Of a stretch of DNA of 64,000 bases, positions 37,064 through 46,773 are shown one piece after another. Below the pieces are notes generated by a model, which searched no databases, was not told the DNA's origin, and saw only the letters and a program-made list of their open reading frames with translations. This DNA is from Oscillospiraceae bacterium (GTDB lineage Bacteria > Bacillota > Clostridia > Oscillospirales > Oscillospiraceae). The DNA is taken from the NCBI GenBank assembly GCA_009785345.1, contig WQWL01000003.1:17331-81330 (forward strand). The letters run 5' to 3'. A program made the position numbers and the translations under genes. Each line of letters opens with the position of its first letter. The first letter of the stretch is position 1.

Positions 37064-38502
37064 AGAACAGTATCTATTTTCGAATTTTTATTGCAACAGC
37101 ATTGATTGTGCTTTTAAGCTTCTCGCTTCTTGGTGGACTGTCAACTTTTCTCAGCTATAGGCGCACGATGTCAGATAAGAGAGATATGATAGTTTCTACT
37201 GTAGAAGAGATGGCTAGGTATATTGTAGCACAACATCTTCACCATGGGGTTAACTTGGATGACTTGGAATTAAGCATGTGGCTGGCCACGGTATCCAATG
37301 TTACAGGGTTTGACTTACTTGTTACAGATGCAAATGGAGTTGTCAAATCATGTTCAAGTAGAACTATGCACAACATAGGCAAGATTGTACCCGAATGTAT
37401 TTTAGAGTCTGCGCGCGATGGAGAGACCTGTGTAGCAAGAACCACAATAGGTGAAATACATACAGGTAGACGTCAAGTGTCGGGCACACCCCTTTGTATG
37501 AATGTAAATGGAGAAATGCGTACCTTTGGGTACGTCTTTGTCACATGCAACTTGTACGTTTTCCAACAAGAATGGCGCAATTTCTATAGCATTTTCATCA
37601 TTGTCGCACTAAGTGTAATGATTGTGACATTTATAATCACCTTTTTGTTGACTAAGAAACAAGCAGAACCAATAAATGAAATGGCGAATGCCGCAAGACA
37701 TTTCGCACATGGAGATTTCAGCGTGCGTATTAACAATTACAACAGGGAAGATAAAATAGGACAGCTTACGAAAGCATTTAACGCTATGGCAGACTCTCTT
37801 CAAAGCTCTGAGCAGCTAAGACGTGATTTCGTTGCAAATTTGTCACATGAACTCAGAACTCCAATGACTGTAGTATCCGGCTTTGCCGACGGGCTTCTTG
37901 ATGGAACTATATCACAAGAAAATGAAAAAAAATATTTAGAAGTAATATCGTCTGAAACAAAGCGATTATCAAGACTTGTTCAAACTATGTTTGATATATC
38001 TACACTTCAAGCAAAAGGACAAGATTCGTTATCGGAAAGCAGCTTTGACATATCAGAAGTTGTTAGACTCGCCTTGCTCAGTGTTTATGGCAAAGTTGAA
38101 AACAAACAACTTGATGTTGAAGCAAAATTGCCTGATGAAAAAATCATGACACATGGAAATTCAGATTCAATAACACAGGTGGTTTTCAATTTACTTGACA
38201 ATGCAATTAAATTCTCAAATCCTGGTGGAGTTATTGGTGTAGAATTATGGGTACGAGGTCCAAAAGCGTATGTCTCTGTGACAAATCAGGGTGTGACCAT
38301 CGCTCCCGATGAATTGCCGCAAATTTTCGAGAGATTTCACAAAGCAGATAGGGCTCGGAGTGCCGATCGTGATGGTGTTGGTCTTGGCTTGTATATTGTA
38401 AAAATGATTTTAGACAATCATAATGAGGATATTTTTGTAACAAGCAAAGGCGGAATTACGAAATTCATTTTCTCGCTAACTGTGTGTAATGATAGAGGAT
38501 AA
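37060..38502 (+). CDS. Sensor histidine kinase (2 TM, HAMP, HisKA, HATPase_c)
   Basis: 480 aa. H-box FVANLSHELRTPMT, N-box NLLDNAIKFS, and G-boxes DRDGVGLGLYIV. Confidence 0.9.
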   Translation: MKNSIYFRIFIATALIVLLSFSLLGGLSTFLSYRRTMSDKRDMIVSTVEEMARYIVAQHLHHGVNLDDLELSMWLATVSNVTGFDLLVTDANGVVKSCSSRTMHNIGKIVPECILESARDGETCVARTTIGEIHTGRRQVSGTPLCMNVNGEMRTFGYVFVTCNLYVFQQEWRNFYSIFIIVALSVMIVTFIITFLLTKKQAEPINEMANAARHFAHGDFSVRINNYNREDKIGQLTKAFNAMADSLQSSEQLRRDFVANLSHELRTPMTVVSGFADGLLDGTISQENEKKYLEVISSETKRLSRLVQTMFDISTLQAKGQDSLSESSFDISEVVRLALLSVYGKVENKQLDVEAKLPDEKIMTHGNSDSITQVVFNLLDNAIKFSNPGGVIGVELWVRGPKAYVSVTNQGVTIAPDELPQIFERFHKADRARSADRDGVGLGLYIVKMILDNHNEDIFVTSKGGITKFIFSLTVCNDRG

Positions 38503-38588
38503 AGATATGTACTGGTCTTTGTCATCTAAAAATTGCATATTTCCGTGTATAACACAACTCTTAGATAACACAAACCAGTACACTTTCC

Positions 38589-38618
38589 CTTGACCTCATG
38601 TCGTTCATCGTGTTAAAA
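38589..38618 (+). promoter_or_regulatory. Candidate sigma-A promoter of the alcohol dehydrogenase gene
   Basis: TTGACC (38589..38594), an 18-nt spacer ending in TGT, then TAAAAT (38613..38618), giving an extended -10. Confidence 0.45.
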
Positions 38619-38708
38619 TTAAATGTAAACTACACATATGTTTGTGCATTTTAGCTACAGAATATGAATGCACAACTGGTGTGAAAAATAATAAGGAGGA
38701 TTTCATCA

Positions 38709-39911
38709 ATGTCTTGGGAATCAAAAATCGACATCAATAATGTAAGCACTATCATTTGCGGAAGCCACGTATTTCTTGGAGTAGGAGCAATCGAAAAAAT
38801 TGATTTTATAGCAGAGCAGCTAAAAGCTCGCGGCGTTGACAGCATCATTGCGATGACAGGAAAGGGCGCATACAAATCAACCGGTGCATGGGATTATGTC
38901 ACCAAAGCTCTCGATAAACACGGGATTCGTTATGTTCTATATGATAAAGTTCAGCCAAACCCTGAAACTCAGCAAGTTGACGAAGCCGTTGCAATTGCAA
39001 GAGATGCAGGAGCAAAAGCTGTTATCGCAATTGGTGGTGGAAGCCCAATCGATGCAGGAAAAAGCGCTGCTATTCTCTTAGAATATCCTGACAAAACATG
39101 TCAAGACCTTTATGAAGCTAAGTTTGCTGCTGAAAAGGCTGTACCAATAATTGCCATTAACCTAACTCACGGCACAGGTACTGAAGCAAACCGCTTTGCT
39201 GTTGTCACAATCCCGGAAAAAGAATACAAACCTGCGATTGCATATGATTGCATCTATCCTCTATATTCAATTGATGATCCGGCGTTGATGACAGGTCTGC
39301 CTGCAAATCAAACAAGATATGTTAGTATTGACGCAGTTAATCATGTAGTCGAAGCTGCAACAACAGTCCTAAATAATCCTTTTGCAATAACATTAGGCAA
39401 AGAAGTAATGAGACTTGTTGCAAAGTATCTTCCGGCAGCATTGAAAGATCCTAATTGTTTGGAAGCACGTTATTTTCTCACATACGCAGCAATGATCGCA
39501 GGCACAAGCTTTGATAACGGCCTACTCCACTTTACACATGCACTTGAACATCCATTAAGTGGGATTAAAACCGACCTAACGCATGGTCTTGGTCTGGCAA
39601 TATTGCTGCCGGCAGTTGTTGAAGAAATTTATCCTGCTTCAGGTGTTATTCTTGCGGATCTTTTCAGTGAAATTGTTCCGGGTCTGACAGGTTGCCCAAG
39701 CGAAGCTAAAAAAGCTGCAGATGGTGTCTATGAGTGGCTAAAGTCTGTTGGCGTACCTGAAAAATTAGGCGACGAAGGCTTCACAAAAGCAGATGTTCCA
39801 AAACTTGTAGACCTTGCTTTTGAAACACCGGGACTCGAAGGTCTCATTAACTGTGCACCTGTTGCACATGGCAGAGACGCAGTAGAAAGAATCTATACAA
39901 ATTCTTTCTAG
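38709..39911 (+). CDS. Iron-containing (group III) alcohol dehydrogenase
   Basis: 400 aa. AIGGGSPIDAGKS, and the metal-binding His cluster region ..FTHALEHPLS..THGLGLAILLP. Confidence 0.9.
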   Translation: MSWESKIDINNVSTIICGSHVFLGVGAIEKIDFIAEQLKARGVDSIIAMTGKGAYKSTGAWDYVTKALDKHGIRYVLYDKVQPNPETQQVDEAVAIARDAGAKAVIAIGGGSPIDAGKSAAILLEYPDKTCQDLYEAKFAAEKAVPIIAINLTHGTGTEANRFAVVTIPEKEYKPAIAYDCIYPLYSIDDPALMTGLPANQTRYVSIDAVNHVVEAATTVLNNPFAITLGKEVMRLVAKYLPAALKDPNCLEARYFLTYAAMIAGTSFDNGLLHFTHALEHPLSGIKTDLTHGLGLAILLPAVVEEIYPASGVILADLFSEIVPGLTGCPSEAKKAADGVYEWLKSVGVPEKLGDEGFTKADVPKLVDLAFETPGLEGLINCAPVAHGRDAVERIYTNSF

Positions 39912-39946
39912 TGGACTGGAAAGGTAATTACATTATATTAAAATAT

Positions 39947-39978
39947 GCGAGAGATGTGAGCGATTTCACATCTCTCGC
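39947..39978. terminator. Terminator hairpin between convergent adh and MFS genes
   Basis: GCGAGAGATGTGA - gcgatt - TCACATCTCTCGC (13-bp perfect stem). The flanking tracts are only modestly T-rich. Confidence 0.6.
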
Positions 39979-40014
39979 TATTTAAAGTACTGTTATAACA
40001 TTTCTGTAAAATTG

Positions 40015-41190
40015 TTATGCTTTAGTCGATTTCATAGCTCTTGCTAAAACTTCATTACACAAGAACACAAGAGTTACAAAACTAAATGCCAAAGGGAAGA
40101 GTGCTTCATATGAGATGAAGTGCATTATTTGGCTTGTGACGAAAAATAACACAGCAATACCTGCACCGAAAGCTGCAAGTTCATACCCAACAATTTTTGA
40201 CAATATTGCAGGTTTAAATCTATTTGAGGTATCGCTAACAAGCGTTGGAAGCATTGGACCTAACCCGAAACCTGTAAGAGCCATGCCCCAAACATTGCCT
40301 ATTAGATAGAGAACTGCAATTCCAGCTACAGCTACGACAACACCGATGCGCACAATCGGAACTTCTTTTAACCATTTTGCTATCCATCCAAAAAACATCC
40401 TGCCGAGGGTCATAGATAGATAATAGACAGCTGAAAATATTGCAACTGTTTCTATTGTTTCCTGCCCTCTTGAAATAAGCACCGCTCCGGTAAAGAAAAC
40501 AAGTGTGTAGTCTGTACCACCTAAGAAGAAAAACGTGAGAATTTCTACCACTTGATGCCATCTCTTTGATAGGTATCGCTTTTTTTCCGTGGTATTGACA
40601 GCTTCTTCTTGAGCATGCTCTTCGTCAATCCAGACTTTCTTATACATACTTATTATAAGTATGAACGCAACAACAGCAAGTATACCGGATATGACAAAGT
40701 AACCTGCACGCCAACTCATAACTGCCATTAAATGTCCCATAATTATCGGACTTAGCGTTGCACCAGCACCCCAAAAACAATGCATCCAGTTATTATGTCT
40801 AGCAGTAAAATGTTTTGCCATGTATGAGTTCATGCTTGATGCCATAAGCCCTGTTCCAAATCCGTACAGAGTAATAGTTGCAAGCACGAGAGTGAAGTTT
40901 GTCGAAAGTGCAAGTCCTATAAAACCTAGCGCCATAATGACGAGTCCTTTTAGGTAAACAGTTTGCAACTTCATATAGCGATTGAGCCATGATAGAATTA
41001 TGCCTGCTAGTGTGTATGTTACAGAGTATCCTACTAAAATATATCCAGTGTGTGCTGTGGTCATTCCTTGCAAATCATAAGCTATTCCTAGCCATGAAAC
41101 TGTAAAAGCTCCGTCTGGGAAGCCCACAACAAAATAGCTGACTAGAATGACACCTAGCAGCCACATAATATTTTTCTTTTTTTGTATCAC
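40015..41190 (-). CDS. MFS transporter
   Basis: 391 aa with about 12 TM helices. GTG start in the ORF track; the alternative is the ATG at M9. Confidence 0.8.
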   Translation of the reverse strand: MIQKKKNIMWLLGVILVSYFVVGFPDGAFTVSWLGIAYDLQGMTTAHTGYILVGYSVTYTLAGIILSWLNRYMKLQTVYLKGLVIMALGFIGLALSTNFTLVLATITLYGFGTGLMASSMNSYMAKHFTARHNNWMHCFWGAGATLSPIIMGHLMAVMSWRAGYFVISGILAVVAFILIISMYKKVWIDEEHAQEEAVNTTEKKRYLSKRWHQVVEILTFFFLGGTDYTLVFFTGAVLISRGQETIETVAIFSAVYYLSMTLGRMFFGWIAKWLKEVPIVRIGVVVAVAGIAVLYLIGNVWGMALTGFGLGPMLPTLVSDTSNRFKPAILSKIVGYELAAFGAGIAVLFFVTSQIMHFISYEALFPLAFSFVTLVFLCNEVLARAMKSTKA

Positions 41191-41232
41191 GATGATGACA
41201 ATTCCTTTCGGTAATTTTTAGACTTTCTGCCC

Positions 41233-41269
41233 AAAAGTAGCCTTACAGCGTTAAATACTGCAAGGCCAC
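41233..41269 (-). terminator. Rho-independent terminator after tRNA-Trp
   Basis: The minus strand reads GTGGCCTTGCAG - 9 nt - CTGTAAGGCTAC (12 bp including 2 G-U) followed by TTTT. Confidence 0.6.
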
Positions 41270-41275
41270 TAGTTC

Positions 41276-41351
<76 letters not shown>

Positions 41352-41437
41352 ATATACGCATATTTGGTTGTGTTCATCGTCGCTTGCCATGGTTTCAAAA
41401 TCGAACCATTTTATCGCAGAAAAACAGCAACATTCAC

Positions 41438-41467
41438 ATTATAGTCTTAATATACACTGTTTGTCAA
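41438..41467 (-). promoter_or_regulatory. Candidate sigma-A promoter of tRNA-Trp
   Basis: The minus strand reads TTGACA (41467..41462), an 18-nt spacer, then TATAAT (41443..41438), about 85 nt upstream of the mature 5' end. Confidence 0.55.
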
Positions 41468-41490
41468 CTCACATTGACATTTTTTTGTTA

Positions 41491-41519
41491 TTGTACATGT
41501 TTTTTTATTATGATAGAAT
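41491..41519 (+). promoter_or_regulatory. Candidate promoter of the sulfatase-like gene
   Basis: TTGTAC (41491..41496), a 17-nt spacer, then TGaTAGAAT (extended -10, TAGAAT at 41514..41519). Confidence 0.4.
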
Positions 41520-41560
41520 TGTTGTTAGCTTCTAGAAACTTAAGTGTTTTGAGGGATTTT

Positions 41561-43627
41561 ATGAAAATGAAACATATATGGCGTTATTATGGTAATTATA
41601 TATTTTTTTGCGTAGCATTTTCTTTTTTTGAGTTAGTAATGCGACTTTCAACCCCCAGGTCATTTGATTTTACCGGGTTTGCATTTTCTATTCTCTTTAA
41701 TTGCATCATTGCGCTAGTACTTTGTAGTATTACAAATTTTTTGTCAAAAAAAGCTCATACAGTGGTAAGTAATGTTATACTGTCGCTTGTCGCAGGACTA
41801 TATATTTCACAGATTATATATTTCAATGTATTTGGCACATACTATAATACTGAATCAATGTTTAATGCCGGTCAGATACTTGAGTTTTGGGAGACGGCTT
41901 TAAGGTCGTTTTGGGAGAGATTGGTGTTCATATTACTTTGTGCCGGTACGATTCCCATATACAACATTTTTGTGCGCAAAACTACTGAACCGATATCGAG
42001 AGGAAAGAAATTAATCGCTATCTTTATCTCTGCGACACTATATCTTGCCATGGTAGGCTCATTTGTGCCATTTGCGGTTGATCCATTTACTCAATACTCA
42101 ATGTTTTTTGGACAGCATAACTACGAAGAGGCAATAAAACGCACAGGTTGGCTATCCACCCTTCATGTCGATGCACTTAGAACATTTGTCCCAAAAGAGG
42201 CCACCGGTGCTTTTCAAACGCTGGATGAGCTGCGTGACACGCAACTTAATGCGAATATCACTCAACCCGAGGCATCGCCTGATTACTATGACTCCACCTA
42301 TGATGAGTATGAATACGAAGATTACGGCGATGAGACATACGAAGACATTGACGAAGAATACGAAGAAGAACCGGAACCTATCGTGTTTGGATATAATATA
42401 ATGGATATTGATTTTCAGTATCTTATAGATAATGCGCCTAATGATACTATTCGTGCCTTACATGAATACTTCGCGACCTCTCAACCATCTCAAAAGAATG
42501 AATTTACAGGCATGTTCGAGGGGTATAATCTTGTCATGTTTGTCGCTGAAGCATTTTCACCTTTTGCTGTCCGTGAGGATGTAACACCAACACTTTATCA
42601 CATGGTGCACAATGGATTTTATTTTCCAAACTTCTATACTCCTTGTTGGGGTGTTAGCACAAGTGACGGTGAGTACGTGGCATTAACCGGACTTTTACCA
42701 AGACCGGGTGTATGGAGTTTTTATAGGTCGCATAATAACTATCTGCCATTTGTTATGGGCAATCAACTCAAGAGTTTAGGCTACAAGACCGTTGCATATC
42801 ATAACCACACACATACATTTTATAGACGTCATTTATCGCACCCAAACATGGGGTATGTGTACAAAGGTGTCGGAGGCGGTCTTGAATTACCTAACATTGT
42901 GTGGCCTAACAGCGACTTAGAGATGATTCAGGTTACAATAGATGATTTTATACATCAACAGCCATTTCATGCATACTACATGACCGTTAGTGGACATCTT
43001 GAGTATAATTTTATGGGCAACGCTATGGCTGCTCGTAACAGGGAAGCCGTTGAGCATTTGCCCTATTCAAGTCCGTTGAGAGCATATCTTGCGACGCAAA
43101 TTGAGTTAGACAGAGCACTTGAATATTTGATGTATCGGTTAAACGAAGCAGGTATTGCTGAAAATACTGTAATAGTTTTGAGTTCAGACCATCGTCCGTA
43201 TGGCTTGGATGGAGTTGATGGCATCAGCGAATTCTTAGGTCGCCCGGTCGAGCAGAATTTTGAAATCTTCAGAAATTATCTCATAATTTATAATCAGGGA
43301 ATGAAGCCAATTATTATCGACAGACCTGCATCAAGTCTTGATATTATTCCAACAATCTCAAATCTTTTTGGCTTGGAGTTTGATTCTCGCTTGCTGATGG
43401 GACGAGACATATTGAGCAACAGCGACCCTCTTGTTATATTCCTAAATCGCAGTTTTATAACAGAAAATGGGCGAAGAATTCGGGGTGGAGAATTTATCCC
43501 CAACCCCGGTGTAACTGTTCCTGATGGTTATGCTGACTTTATAAGTGCTGTTGTTGAAGCAAAGTTTGCCGCTTCGACAAGTATCTTGAACTTGGATTAT
43601 TATCGCATAGTCTTTGGCAAAGATTAG
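41561..43627 (+). CDS. LTA-synthase / sulfatase (alkaline-phosphatase superfamily) membrane protein
   Basis: About 5 N-terminal TM helices, an acidic Tyr-rich linker, then an extracellular sulfatase-like domain (..NLVMFVAEAFS.., ..VLSSDHRPYG..). Start set at the ATG after GAGGGA. The ORF track start at 41294 runs through the tRNA gene and was rejected. Confidence 0.8.
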   Translation: MKMKHIWRYYGNYIFFCVAFSFFELVMRLSTPRSFDFTGFAFSILFNCIIALVLCSITNFLSKKAHTVVSNVILSLVAGLYISQIIYFNVFGTYYNTESMFNAGQILEFWETALRSFWERLVFILLCAGTIPIYNIFVRKTTEPISRGKKLIAIFISATLYLAMVGSFVPFAVDPFTQYSMFFGQHNYEEAIKRTGWLSTLHVDALRTFVPKEATGAFQTLDELRDTQLNANITQPEASPDYYDSTYDEYEYEDYGDETYEDIDEEYEEEPEPIVFGYNIMDIDFQYLIDNAPNDTIRALHEYFATSQPSQKNEFTGMFEGYNLVMFVAEAFSPFAVREDVTPTLYHMVHNGFYFPNFYTPCWGVSTSDGEYVALTGLLPRPGVWSFYRSHNNYLPFVMGNQLKSLGYKTVAYHNHTHTFYRRHLSHPNMGYVYKGVGGGLELPNIVWPNSDLEMIQVTIDDFIHQQPFHAYYMTVSGHLEYNFMGNAMAARNREAVEHLPYSSPLRAYLATQIELDRALEYLMYRLNEAGIAENTVIVLSSDHRPYGLDGVDGISEFLGRPVEQNFEIFRNYLIIYNQGMKPIIIDRPASSLDIIPTISNLFGLEFDSRLLMGRDILSNSDPLVIFLNRSFITENGRRIRGGEFIPNPGVTVPDGYADFISAVVEAKFAASTSILNLDYYRIVFGKD

Positions 43628-43642
43628 TTAGATGCCTAATTC

Positions 43643-44782
43643 CTAAAGCAGCTCGGCTGCGTCCGCCATGTTTTGGATAATAGGTACACTAAAGGGGCAA
43701 CGCTCTTCGCAATGTCCGCATTTAATGCACTCATCGCCTTTGTGCGCGAGATTTTGATAGTGTGACTTAATGGATGGTGGCACATTATCTCTATCTAGGT
43801 TGGCGATGTCTAGTAGCTTGGTTACAGCAGCAATGTCTATCTCTACCGGACAAGGTTGACAATGACTGCAGTATACGCAACTTCCTTTAAAATCATTTTT
43901 ACCTGAGAATACAACTTCTGTATAATTTCTTTCTTCAGCGGTTGTTTCAAAGTATCTCATGGTGTCATGCACTTCAGCAGCAGTCTGACATCCGGGAAGT
44001 ATACAAGAAACTCCCGGTCTGGATAATGCATAATTGATACATTGTGGCACAGTCATTGGCTTGTCGAACGGGGTATGATCTTTTGACAAGAGCTTTCCTG
44101 CTCCATATGTTTTCATCACAGTTATTCCAACTTGCTTTTGCTCACAAAGCTTATAAAGCTCTGCTCTTTTGGGGTCTATTCCTGTGAGTAACTCCGGGGT
44201 GAAACCGTTGTCGAAGTGATCGAAAACATATTCTGTTGAAGGCAACATATCAAAGGCAGGATTTACACTAAACATCAACATTTCCGGTATGCCTGTATTT
44301 ATTGCTTTAATTGCCATTTCAGGATTATGTGAGCTGAAACCAATATGGCTTATGTCTCCTTGTTTTTTCAAATGCTCTGCATATTTTACAAATTCAGTTT
44401 CAAAAATATCGTTATAATTCTTTTCAGTATCAATAAAGAATAGCATACCAAAATCAATATGACCGCCAAATATACGCAGTAAATTCTCAAAGTACTTTTT
44501 TACGGTTGGCATATCTCTGCTTATATCGTATTGCTGGTTAACATCAGATGCACCAATATGCCCTTGAATCATGACTTTGTCACGCCTATTTCCTAAAGCC
44601 TTTGCAATGTTCTCGCGAATTTCCATGCCAGGCATGAACACATCAAAAATATTAACACCATACTCTAGTACAGCATTAACGGTTTCTTCAACCTGAGCAT
44701 ATGGTTTTCTGTCTAGATGTTCACACCCAAGACCGATTACGCTAACTTCTTTCCCTGTTTTTCCAAGCTTTCTAAACTCCAT
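43643..44782 (-). CDS. Aldo/keto reductase fused to a C-terminal 4Fe-4S ferredoxin-type domain
   Basis: 379 aa. AKR N-terminus (MEFRKLGKTGKEVSVIGLGCEHL). The C-terminus has CVYCSHCQPCP and CIKCGHCEERCP. Confidence 0.85.
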   Translation of the reverse strand: MEFRKLGKTGKEVSVIGLGCEHLDRKPYAQVEETVNAVLEYGVNIFDVFMPGMEIRENIAKALGNRRDKVMIQGHIGASDVNQQYDISRDMPTVKKYFENLLRIFGGHIDFGMLFFIDTEKNYNDIFETEFVKYAEHLKKQGDISHIGFSSHNPEMAIKAINTGIPEMLMFSVNPAFDMLPSTEYVFDHFDNGFTPELLTGIDPKRAELYKLCEQKQVGITVMKTYGAGKLLSKDHTPFDKPMTVPQCINYALSRPGVSCILPGCQTAAEVHDTMRYFETTAEERNYTEVVFSGKNDFKGSCVYCSHCQPCPVEIDIAAVTKLLDIANLDRDNVPPSIKSHYQNLAHKGDECIKCGHCEERCPFSVPIIQNMADAAELL

Positions 44783-44832
44783 AGTGTATTACTTCCTTCT
44801 ACTTATTTTACATCATATGCTGAAAGTATATC

Positions 44833-44860
44833 AAAGGGCCGGCATATCTGTCGACCCTTT
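44833..44860 (-). terminator. Weak terminator-like hairpin after the SH3b gene
   Basis: AAAGGGTCG - 10 nt - CGGCCCTTT with one mismatch. The T tract is short. Confidence 0.35.
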
Positions 44861-44888
44861 TGTATAATGTTATTTTATTATCCTGTAG

Positions 44889-46451
44889 TTATCGTGGTCT
44901 TGCGTCGAATGCTTCCTGTACCGCATTTCTCAAATTTCTTTGATATGATTGGCTTCTGGTTACTGTGCCTGCAAAATGCAAGCATAGGTGACCGTTCATG
45001 CCATTTCCACTAATTGTGCTAACATCGTGAGGCATACCGTTGAGCGCTGCTGCAAATGTTCTATCACCTATGGTTACCCATACAGGTCTTGGTGCCCATG
45101 CCCAAACACCGTTACGTGATCTGAGTATTGCATCTGTGTCTGCTCGTGTTGGAGGCTCAACATCTGCGTGACCGCTCAATGAGAACGCTCTGAGATTAAA
45201 TGTTATACCTGTACGAACATCTACGACTCGCATATCTGTACGCATCGGAATTAGTGGTCTGGCTTGTGCCCATGTCAAAAGCTCTACATTTCCGACACTT
45301 CTGCTACCGCCGCCGGATTCACTCAATAAATCTGTACGTATAAATCCATCTGTGTTGTTGTGTCTAACTCTTGACCAACCATTTGATTGATTTTCGAGAA
45401 CTTCAACGCTTGTATTTACAGGAAGAAGTCTAAGTATACTATGTCCGGTCGATGCGCCTGATCTCATGTTAACTCCGGTTACAGTTCTAAGTGTTGCAAT
45501 TGAAGCTCCCCCGGATGATGACGTTGCTGGTGCGCCTGTTGCAGAGAGGAGGTCGGTTCTAATAAATCCATTTGTATTGTTGTGGCTAACTCTTGACCAT
45601 CCATTTGATTGGTTTTCTAAAACAGTCACACTTGTATTCGCGGCTAGTGTTCTAATTGCTCTATCGTTTGTTGACGGTCCACTTCTGAAATTAACTGTAG
45701 AAGTTGTTCTTAAAGTTGTAGATTGTTGAGACGAAGATGCGCCTGTTGCAGAGAGGAGGTCAGTTCTAATAAATCCATTTGTATTATTATGTCTGACCCT
45801 TGACCAACCATTTGATTGATTTTCAAGAACTTCAACACTGGTGTTTGAGGAAAGTGTTCTTATAATGCTTGTATTTGTAGACGAGCCGGATCTTATGTTA
45901 ACAGCACCTGTGGTTAAAAGCGTCGCAATTGCGGTATCTGAGGATCCTGCATTTGATGTTGATGCTGCAGCATTTCCACGTGTCAGAAAATCTGATCTGA
46001 TAAATCCGTTAGTATCGCCGACCCTAACACTTGACCAACCAGCCGGATCGTGATTTGTTACTTCTACATTTGTTCCTGCAGTGACTGTGCGTAATACATT
46101 TGCATTTATCGATCCGGAATCTCTTACATTGACTCCTTCAGTTGTACGAAATGTCGCAGCTGCATCACTTGTCGGGAATCGTAGAAAGTCTGATCTGATG
46201 AATCCTGTTGAACTTCCAACTTGAACTCTTGACCAACCAGCCGGATTATGCTCAAGGACATCCACTCTGGTTCCGGATTGTACTACACTGACAACTCTAG
46301 CGTTTGTAGATGGTTCAGCTCTCATATTTACACCAGTGGTTGCGACAAACGTGTTACTTGTTGCCAGCGCGGTCAGTGACATCCCTAGTACACTAATTGT
46401 CATGCTAATGGTCAGAACAAAGAAAATTATCTTTCTCAATTTGCGATTCAC
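44889..46451 (-). CDS. Secreted protein with five SH3b (bacterial SH3) repeats and a ~125-aa C-terminal domain of unknown function
   Basis: 520 aa. Signal peptide (FFVLTISMTISVLGMSLTALA). Five repeats of the type VN[MVIF]R.G.S......R.L..NT.V.VLE....GWSRV...N..GFIR.D.L. Repeats 3-5 are nearly identical. Confidence 0.8.
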   Translation of the reverse strand: MNRKLRKIIFFVLTISMTISVLGMSLTALATSNTFVATTGVNMRAEPSTNARVVSVVQSGTRVDVLEHNPAGWSRVQVGSSTGFIRSDFLRFPTSDAAATFRTTEGVNVRDSGSINANVLRTVTAGTNVEVTNHDPAGWSSVRVGDTNGFIRSDFLTRGNAAASTSNAGSSDTAIATLLTTGAVNIRSGSSTNTSIIRTLSSNTSVEVLENQSNGWSRVRHNNTNGFIRTDLLSATGASSSQQSTTLRTTSTVNFRSGPSTNDRAIRTLAANTSVTVLENQSNGWSRVSHNNTNGFIRTDLLSATGAPATSSSGGASIATLRTVTGVNMRSGASTGHSILRLLPVNTSVEVLENQSNGWSRVRHNNTDGFIRTDLLSESGGGSRSVGNVELLTWAQARPLIPMRTDMRVVDVRTGITFNLRAFSLSGHADVEPPTRADTDAILRSRNGVWAWAPRPVWVTIGDRTFAAALNGMPHDVSTISGNGMNGHLCLHFAGTVTRSQSYQRNLRNAVQEAFDARPR

Positions 46452-46608
46452 AGTCTTGTCTCCTTAAAAAGTTACAATTTATTCGCTTGCGGTGTGTAGA
46501 TATTAGCATAAAGAAAAACAAAAGTCAACCCATTTTGAAATAATTTTGTAACTTATTGTAATCGTTTGCTTCTAAGGTACACCGCTTCAACTAGTTATTA
46601 GTCACAGA

Positions 46609-46648
46609 TTAGCCGTAATCAAGCGGTATGTCGCGGATGTTATGCGTA
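46609..46648 (+). repeat. 40-nt repeat equal to the two outer flanks of hairpin A copy 1, joined without the hairpin core
   Basis: ttagccgtaatcaagcggtatgtcg matches 17376..17400 at 23/25. The immediately following cggatgttatgcgta matches 17473..17487 at 15/15. Confidence 0.7.
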
Positions 46649-46773
46649 GTGTAATCAGTAACTCCAACTATTCTCTGATGCAAGCAAGTCTGCGTAAACC
46701 TTTACTTTTCACGCTTTTTATGTTATCATCTCGCCTTGTGCGAAACAATAAACTATGTAAGGTAATATTTCTT

